Shown here in pieces: positions 55,250 to 64,000 of a DNA stretch of 64,000 nt. Numbering within the stretch: the first letter of the stretch is position 1; every line of letters starts with the position of its first letter. This DNA is from the human T2T-CHM13v2.0 reference genome, Homo sapiens. The notes below the pieces were generated by a model. The model was not told the origin of the DNA and ran no database searches. It worked only from the letters and a program-made list of their open reading frames with translations. The position numbers and the translations under genes are program-made. The DNA lies in NCBI RefSeq assembly GCF_009914755.1, contig NC_060925.1; one strand, written 5' to 3'.

Positions 55250-56990
55250 TTAGAGTTTCTGAAGTTGGTGGCTTAATATGATTAGACTCAAAAAATGCTA
55301 AGGACTCTACTTCTAACAGTATGGAGAACACTGGTAGTCCTTGATGGAAACTGTTTAGAGAGTTACGCAAAATAAATGCATTTGACACTCCTAATTCACC
55401 GCTCATGAGAGGCAACGAGTTTAGTAACTCTTTACATAATATCTTTGACCATATGTGGAGAATTTAGGAACATAATTAAGCTTGTTGGTTGCTTCCAAGT
55501 TCAGTGGACAAAGTGATGAAAGAAAATGATGCACTCAGGTATTCTGTCTCCTGGCTGCAGAAGAAGATACCGAGCCTCAGATCTGCTACAATTGCCCTTA
55601 ATGACAGTCTTACCTCCTGTAGAGAAAGAGCTGAAACTATGGAAAAACAGACACAAGCTCTTAACGTGAGAGTGATTGACCTGCAATGAAAGATGCATGC
55701 ACAGCCTCACCAGGTGTCTACTGTTAAATTGCAGCCATTGATTGGAAAAGAATGGGACCCTGCAAGTTGCAATGGGGACATGTAGGAGGAACCTGATGAA
55801 GCTGGGGACACTGAGCTTTTTGGTGAACCTTTTTGGTGAGAAGGAACAGCTTTCCCAACCCCAGTAGTGGCAACATTCCCTCCCTGACCCATGCTGCCAT
55901 CAGCCTTTCCACCTTTGTCTGAGGAAAGAAACCCGGTACTGCCTGAGGCAACAGTGATGGCATCCCGTGAGGCAGTTGGCAAGCAAGATAATGTTGATTC
56001 TTCTCAGAAACCACCCCCAACACCTCTCTTTGCTTCTAGACCTATAACTAGATTAAGTACCAGTGGACACCTAGAGGTGAGGTTGAGAGTGTGACCCGTG
56101 AGGAGGTGCACTACACTTGAAAATAACTGTTTGAGTTATTTAAATTACATAAACAGAAATCTGGAGAACAGGCATAAGAATGAATATTAAGGGTACGAGA
56201 TAATGGTGGAAGGAATATAGAGTTAGATCACGCTGAATTTATTGATTTGGGTCCACTAAATAGGGACTCTGCATTTAATGTTGCAGCTTAGGGAGTTAAA
56301 AATGGTTCTAATAGTTTATTTGCTTGGTTAGCTGAAATATGGATTAAAAGATGGCCCACTGTGAGTGAGCTGGAAATGCCTGATCTCCCTTGGCTTAATG
56401 TAAAGGAATGGATCCAAAGGCTTAGGGAGATTGGAATGATGAGGTGGATTAGTCACGTTAGACCTACTCATCCCACCTGGGAGGTCCAGAAGATATACCC
56501 TTGTCCAATGCCTTGCAAAATAGATTTGTGAGGGCAGCCCCTACATCTTCGAAGAGGCTTGTAATTGCTCTTCTCTGTATGTCAGATCTATCGGTGGGAA
56601 CCACACTCACTCAACTACAAAATTTAAATATAATGGGAATAATTGGATCCCAAGGTGGCAAGGGCCGAGTGGCAGCACTCAACCATCAAGGGCAAGGTAA
56701 GCATAGCTACCATAATGGACAGCAGAGGCAAAGCAGCAATCAAAACAGTCTGACTTTTGTAGAACTCTCACATTGGCTAATTAATCACGATGTTCCTAGA
56801 ATTGAAATCGACAGGAAGCCTACTACACTCCTACTTAATTTATGTAAATAGAAAACTTCTAGGTCAAATGGACAAAAGACTAATTTGAATTATAAAAACA
56901 GAGAATCATGGCCCCTCAATCAATTTCCAGACTTGAACCAGTTTACAGACCCAGAACCCCTTGAATGATGGGGAGGCTATGTCCCCTTAA
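55250..56990 (+). pseudogene. HERV-L gag remnant
   Basis: Fragments SSVDKVMKENDALR, NALQNRFVRAAP and QLQNLNIMGIIGSQGG; many stops. Confidence 0.85.
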
Positions 56991-56999
56991 GGAAGGACC

Positions 57000-59860
57000 C
57001 TACTACATTACCAACAATTTATGCAATGAATCTTTTTCCCATCCTTCCACAAGGACACATCTGGCCTTTTACCAGGGTAACTGTACACTGGGGAAAGGAA
57101 AATGATTAGACATTTTGGAGACTACTTGACACTGGCTCTCAGCTGACCTTGGTTTCAGGGGACCCAAAACACTGCTGTGGTCCTCCAGTTAAAGTAGGAG
57201 CTTATGAACGTCAGGTAATTAATGCAATTTTAGCTCACGTCTGACTTACAGTGGGTCCAGTGGGTCCCCAGACTCATCCTGTGGTAATTTCCCCATTGCC
57301 AGAATGAATAATTGGCCTTGACATACTGAGCAGCTGGCAGAACCCCAGATGGTCTACCTGAATGGTAGGGTGAGGGCTACTATGGTGAGAAAGGCCAAAT
57401 GGAATTCATTAGAGCTGCCTCTACCTAGAAAAATAGTAAATCAAAAATAATATTGTATCTCTGGAGGGATGGTGGAGATTAGAGCCACCATCAAGGACTT
57501 GAATGACAATGGATTACGGTAAGCTTACCCAAGTGGTGACTCCAATGGTAGCTGCTGTACCAGCTGTAGTTTTATTGCTTGCACAAATTAACACATCTCC
57601 TGGTACCTTGTATGCAGCCATTGACTTGGCAAATGTCTTTTTCTCCATTCCTGTCCATAAGGCCCACCAGAAACAATTTGCATTCAACTGGCAAGGCCAT
57701 TAATATACCTTTACTGTCCTACCTCAGGGGTATATCAACTCTCCAGTTTTGTGTTCTAATGTTATTCAGAGAGAACTTAATCACTTTTCTCTTCTGCAAG
57801 ATATCACACTGGTCCATTACACTGATGACATCATGCTGATTGGATCCAGTGAGCAAGAATTAGCAAACACACTGGACTTATTGGTGAGACATTTGTTTGC
57901 CAGAGGATGGGAAATAAATCTGACTAAAATTCAGGGACTTTCTACCTCTGTAAAATTTCTAGGGGTCCAGTGGTGTCAGGCCTGTCAAGATATGCCTTCT
58001 AAGGTAAAAGATAAGTTGCTGAATTTGGCCCCTTTTACAGCCAAGAAAGAGGTATAACGCCTAGTGGGCCCATTGGATTTTGGAAGCAACACATTCTGCA
58101 TTTCGATGTGTTACTCTGGCCCATTAATCAAGTGACCCAAAAGGCTGACGGTTTGAAGTGGGGTCCAGAAGAGGAGAAGGCTCTGCAATAACTCCAGGCT
58201 GCAGTGCAAACTGCTCTGCCACTTGGGCCATATGACTCAGTAGATCCAATGGTCCTTGAGGTATCAGTGGCAGATAGAAATGCTGTTTGCAGCCTTTGGC
58301 AGACCCCCATAGGTGAATCTCAGCGGACACCTCCAGGATTTTGGAGCAAGGCCCTGCCATCTTCTGAAGACAACTACCCTCCTTTTGAGAGACAGCTCTT
58401 GGCCTGTTACTGGCCTTTGGTGGAAAATGAACATTGAATATGGGTCATCAAATCACCATGCAATCTGAACTGCCTATCATGAACTGGATGCTTTCTGACT
58501 CATCTAGCCATAAAATGGGTCAAGCACAGCATCATTCCATTATCAAATGAAAGTGATATATACGTGATTAGGCTCGAGCAGGTCCTGAAGGCACAAGTAA
58601 GTTACATGAGGAAGTGGCTCAAATGCCCATGGTCTTTACTCCTGCCACCCTGCCCTCTCTTCTAATGGGCTCATGGGGCATTCCTTATGATCAGTTGACA
58701 GAGGAAGAGAAGACTTAGGGCCTGGTTCACAGATGATTCTGAACAATATAGAGTCACCACTCAAAAGTGGACAGCTGTAGTACTGCAGCCCCTTTCTAGG
58801 ACATCCCTGAGTGGTGAAGAGAAATCTTCCCAGTGGGCAGAACCTCAAGCAGTGCACCTGTTTGTGCACTTTGCTTGGAAGGAGAAATGGCCAGATGTGC
58901 GATTATATACTGATTCATGGGCTGTAGCCAATGGTTTGGCTGGATGGTCAGTGACTTGGAAGAAGCATGATTGGAAAATTGGTGACAAAGAAATCTGGGC
59001 AAGAGGTATGTGGATGGACCGCTCTGAGTGATCAAAAACCATGAAGATATTTGTATCCCATGTGAGTGCTCACTAACGGCTGACCTCAGCAGAGGAGGAT
59101 TTTAGTAATCAAGTGGATAGGGGGAACCGTTCTGTGGACAGCACTCAGCCTCTTTCCCCAGCCACCCCTGTCATCACCCAGTGGGCCCATGAACAAAGTA
59201 GCCATGGTGGCAGGGATGGAGGTTACACATTGGCTCAGCAACATGGACTTCCACTCACCAAGGCTGACCTGGCTATGGACACTGCTGAGCGCCCAATTTG
59301 TGAGCAGCAGAAACCAACACTGAGCCCTCGATACGGCACCATTCCTTGGGGGTTATCAGCCAGCCACCTGGTTGCAGGTTTATTATATTGCACCTCTTCT
59401 ATCATGGAAAGGGCAGAGGTTTGTCCTCACTGAAACAGACACTTACTCTGGATATGGGTTTGCCTATCCTGCATGCCATGCTCCTACCAAGACTACCATC
59501 TATGGACTCACAGAATGCCTTATCCACCATCATGGTATTCCACACAGCATTGTCTCTGACCAAGGCACTCACTTTATGGCTAAAGAAGTGTGGCAGTGGC
59601 CTCGTGCTTATGGAATTCACTGGTCTTACCATGTTCCCCATCATCCTGAGCAGCTGGATTGAAAGAATGATGGGATGGCCTTTTGAAGTCACAATTACAA
59701 CGCCAACTAGGTGACAATACTTTGCAAGGCTGAGGCAAAGTTCTCCAGAAGGCTGTGTATGCTCTGAATCAGCATCCAATATATGGTACTGTTTCTCCCT
59801 TAGCCAGGATTCACAACTCCAGGAATCAAGGGGTGGAAGTGGAAGTGGCACCACTCACCA
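57000..59860 (+). pseudogene. HERV-L pro-pol remnant (protease, RT, RNase H, integrase)
   Basis: LLDTGS at 57122; [14 protein letters not shown]; LPQG; HYTDD at 57815-57829; integrase WAHEQSSH...RPIC, TDTYSGY, IVSDQG; many stops and frameshifts. Confidence 0.92.
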
Positions 59861-60225
59861 TCACCTCTAAAGATCCACTAGCAAAATTTTTGCTTCCTGT
59901 TCCTGCGACCTTACATTCTGGTGGCCTAGAGGTCTTATTTCCAGAGGGAGGAAGCCTGCCACCAGGAGACACAACAATGATTCCATTAAACTGGAAGATG
60001 AGATTGTCACTCAGACACTTTGGGCTCCTCCCACCTTTAAGTCAACAGGATAAGAAGGGAGTTATAGTGTTGGCTGGAGTGATTGACCCGGACTCTCAAG
60101 ATGAAATCAGTCTACTGCTCCACAACGGAGGTAAGGAAAGGTATGCATGGAATACAGGAGATCCATTAGGGCATCTCTTAGTTTTACCATGCCCTGAGAT
60201 TAAAGTCAATGGAAAACTACAATAG
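59860..60225 (+). pseudogene. HERV-L dUTPase remnant
   Basis: LPPGDTTMIPLNWK...HFGLL...LAGVIDPDSQDEISLLLHN within ORF 59755-60225. Confidence 0.85.
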
Positions 60226-62671
60226 CCCAATCCAGTCAGGACTACAAAAGGCCCAGACCCTTCAGGAATGAAGGTTTCTGGCCACTCCACCTGGAAAAAA
60301 ACCATGATCTGCTGAGCTGATTGCTGAAAGCAAAGGGAATACAGAATGGGTAGTAGAAGAAGGTAGTTATCAACACCAGCTATGACCACATGACCAGCTG
60401 CAGAAATGGTGACTGTAATTGTCATGAGTATTTCCTCCTTCTTTTGTTAAAAACATGCTTGCGCATGTATACACTTGTACTAAGAAGTTATCTTCATTTT
60501 ATTTCCTTTTTCCTTTATCATGTAACATGAGATCTGTTGACTTTATATCAGTATTTAAATAATGTTAATATTATGTAGTAGTATGTGTTGGGGATTGGTG
60601 TGTTTCTGGTTACATGAAGGATAGTAGTATTATATTAGGCATAATTATGACCTTATTATTGTCTTTATTTGAAGATTATGTATGATCTCAGGAGATATGT
60701 ATGGGTTGAAGTTGACAAGGGGTGGACTTGTGATGGTTAATACTGAGTGTCAACTTGACTGGATTGAAGGATACAAAGTATTGATCCCGGGTGTGTCTGT
60801 GAGGGTGTTGCCAAAAGAGATCAACATTTGAGTCAGTGGGCTGGGGAAGGCAGATTGACTCTTAATCTGGTGGGAACAATCTAATCAGCTGCCAATGAAT
60901 ATAAAGTAGGCAGAAAAACGTGAAAAGGAGAGATGGGCCCAGCCTCCCAGCCTACATCTTTCTCCCATGCTGGATGCTTCCTGCCCTCCAACCTCAGACT
61001 CCAGGTTCTTCAGTTTTGGGACTCGGACTTGCTTTCCTTGCTCCTCAGCTTGCAGACAGCCTATTGTGGGACCTTGTGACTGTGTTAATGCTTAATAAAC
61101 ACTTAATAAACTCATATATATATATATATATATATATAAAACTCCAATTATTTCTGTCCCTCTAAGATAACCCTAATACGATAAGGAATATTGACTAGAT
61201 TAAAATTTGAAAATTTTGTACTTAAAAAGACATTAAAAAGTTAAAAAAACTCAAAAATAAAAGAAAATATTTGCAAATCTTATATCTGATAAAACATGTA
61301 TATCTGGAATATGTAAATAATTCTTACAAATGGAGAATGAAAGATAACCCAGTTAAAAATCAACTTTAAATAGAAATTATTCCAATGATATATTAAGGAA
61401 ATGCAAATGAAAACCACAAGATACCATTTCATACCCACTAGGATGACTATAAGCAAAAATACAAAACAGATGTCGGTGAAGATATGGAGAAATAGGAATT
61501 CTCATGCATTGCTGGTAGGAGTATAAACTGATGCAGCTGTTTCAAAAAAACGGTTTGGCAGTTCTTCAAAAGGTAAACATAATTACCATATGACTAAACA
61601 ATTCTATTCCTAGGTCCACACTCTAATAAAATAAAAAATCTCATAAAAACTTCTACGTGAATGTCTTTAGAAGCATTATGCATAATAGTGTAAAAAAATC
61701 AAATGTTCCTCAGTTCATGAATGAATAAATAAAATGGGATGTAGCCATAAAATGGAATATTGCTCAGAAATAAAAAGGAAGTACTGAGACATGCCACATG
61801 AATAAAATTTGAAAAAATTGTGATAAGTGAAAGAAGGATTCCAATATATAAAATGTTCAGAATAAACACAGATATTCAAAAAGAAAGTGCATCATCAGTT
61901 TCCAGGGTCTGAGGGAATAAAGAATGACTTCTAATTGGTACAGGGTTTCTCTTTTGAGTGATGAGATGCCTTAAAATTTAAATGTGATAATGATTGGGTA
62001 ACGCAATACAAGTAAGACAAACCACTTTAAAACAATTTCATGTTTTTCTATTTCAAATCATATCTCAAAAACGATCTTTTAAATGTAATATAATGACATT
62101 CTCAGTAGCCTTGTTTTATATAATATAGTTTTAAAAATAAAATATTTATATTTGCAAGTTATTTTATTACTAATATTTTTAAATACTTTTTTTACAGTTA
62201 AAAATATTTCTAAGGTGTGCTCATGGTGTTTTTAATCAATGCTATTTTCTTAAGTAACATTGATGTATTTGCTTCTAGGTAGTCCTCTATTTTTGTAACA
62301 ACATCCAGAGTTCTTTGGGATCCATAGTTTTTATATGCTTTGTTTCTTTTCTTATACACCCTTCTGCCTCTCTATATAAACTGAATATGAACTTTCTCTA
62401 AGGCATCTGAAACAGAAGACTTTTGGGGAAGGCAACATACTTAATTTAATCTATATTGCGGGACAAAGTTTCTGTGTCTGAGAAATGGAAAACATTCTTT
62501 GCCACTTAAAGCCTATGTCAGTTTTATAGCCTATCGTTCGAAATCCAGATAGTCACCTTCTCCAACCTTTCCAGACCATTACTCTTTTCTTTCATACCCC
62601 TAATTTTACATGAAATATTTCTTTCCACCTGTATATTCCTATAAGCAATACACAAAGCCAACACACAGTAA

Positions 62672-63011
<340 letters not shown>

Positions 63012-63229
63012 TATATATTGGCTCTTTTCAAGACTTCTAGAGACTGCAGACTCAGTAGGCACTTGGTATGGTTTTCTATTATTGCAGAAAATGTTTTCTC
63101 AAATGTTTTATTGTTTTCTCAAATGTTTTCCATGACATAATATGTATGTTCCACCATTTTTTCAGGATATAATATCTGCTTCTTAGTATCTGCTACCCTA
63201 CTGATAAGCCCATGTCACACATATTGAGG

Positions 63230-64000
63230 GAATGTCATTATTATTTAAATGTTTAATATTTGTATGTATTTGGTATATTCTGGTTATAAGTCCTTTATCA
63301 AATATATAATTTGAAAATGTATTGTCTGACTCTCTGGCTTCTTTTTATTATAGTAGCAATGGATTTCAAAGAGTAAACATTTTTTATTTTGATAAATTAT
63401 GAATTAAATTTATAATTTTCTTCTCTTACATATTGTGCTTCTGAGGTTTCCTATAAATGTTTTTTTCTTCCCCTGACAGCAAAGATTTTTCTTCATGATT
63501 ATTATACTGTGATTTATAGTCTTTGGTTTCATATTAAGGTCTAGAGCTCATATGGAGTTAATTATCATATATAGTGGCTGGTAGATATGGAAACTTATTT
63601 TTTGCACGTTGATGTCCAATTACGCTAGCATAGTTTGTTGAAAATTCTGTAGTTTCTAATGCCGGAACAGAAAACCAAACAATGTATGTTCTCATAAGTG
63701 GGAGCTGAATGATGAGAACACATGGACGCATGGGGGGAACAATACACACTGGTGCCTGTTGGAGGAGGTTGGTTATGGGAGGGAGAGGAAAATAGTTAAG
63801 AGATGAGATACTGGGCTTAGTACCTAGGTGATGAGATGATCTGTGCAGCAAATCACCATGGCACACATTTACCTATGTAAAAAACCTGCACATGTACCTC
63901 TAAACTTAAAAATTGAAAGAAAAATTCTATAGTTTCTTTGACCAAATATGGCCTATATTTGGGCTCTATTCTGCTCCACCCTTTAATATATGTGTCTCCT
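63230..64000 (-). mobile_element. Old L1M fragment, split by an L1PA 3' piece
   Basis: atattctggttataagtcctttatca...gatgtccaattacgctagca...gggctctattctg. Confidence 0.65.
63658..63920 (+). mobile_element. Short 5'-truncated L1PA13-15-like insertion
   Basis: L1 3'UTR; 17-bp TSD AAAATTCTRTAGTTTCT at 63641-63657 and 63921-63937. Confidence 0.88.

Larger units (their letters stand above)
54549..61180 (+). mobile_element. Full-length decayed HERV-L provirus with MLT2A LTRs
   Basis: 5' LTR 54549-55168, internal 55169-60728, 3' LTR 60729-61180; TSD ATAAG at 54544-54548 and 61181-61185; PBS-like gattttggtac; PPT-like aaggggtggact; gag-pro-pol-dUTPase order, no env. Confidence 0.95.

Noticed and set aside
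54549-61180. Replication-competent or domesticated retrovirus
   Set aside because: Numerous stops and frameshifts, an RT deletion, a lost integrase zinc-finger Cys and about 15% LTR divergence.

Overview
AT-rich mammalian DNA, almost certainly human: it carries a CpG-intact AluYb8, a human-specific subfamily. It reads as gene-poor intergenic or deep-intronic sequence dominated by transposable elements. I find no intact protein-coding gene, rRNA, tRNA or CRISPR array. The only cellular-gene homology is a frameshifted SMIM15 processed pseudogene on the minus strand at the left edge (1-~510), which the ORF track misses. The large elements are: a near-full-length L1PA8A-like LINE with an internal ORF2 deletion (18.8-24.7 kb); a 5'-inverted L1PA15/16 (33.1-36.2 kb); an MLT2>MSTA>AluJ nest (36.9-40.1 kb); a Tigger3b; and a complete but decayed HERV-L/MLT2A provirus (54.5-61.2 kb) inside an old L1MB. 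There are also about 11 Alus, solo LTRs (MER41, THE1D, MLT1B, LTR40, PABL) and several local tandem duplications. I do not see a convincing novel biological system. The best leads are the SMIM15 retrocopy microORF, the young AluYb8 variant, complementary decay of DUX4 and splice signals in the two HERV-L LTRs, a candidate conserved enhancer near 31.2 kb, a hairpin near 1.56 kb and two candidate non-coding exons. Subfamily names come from remembered consensus sequences and need RepeatMasker/Dfam confirmation.
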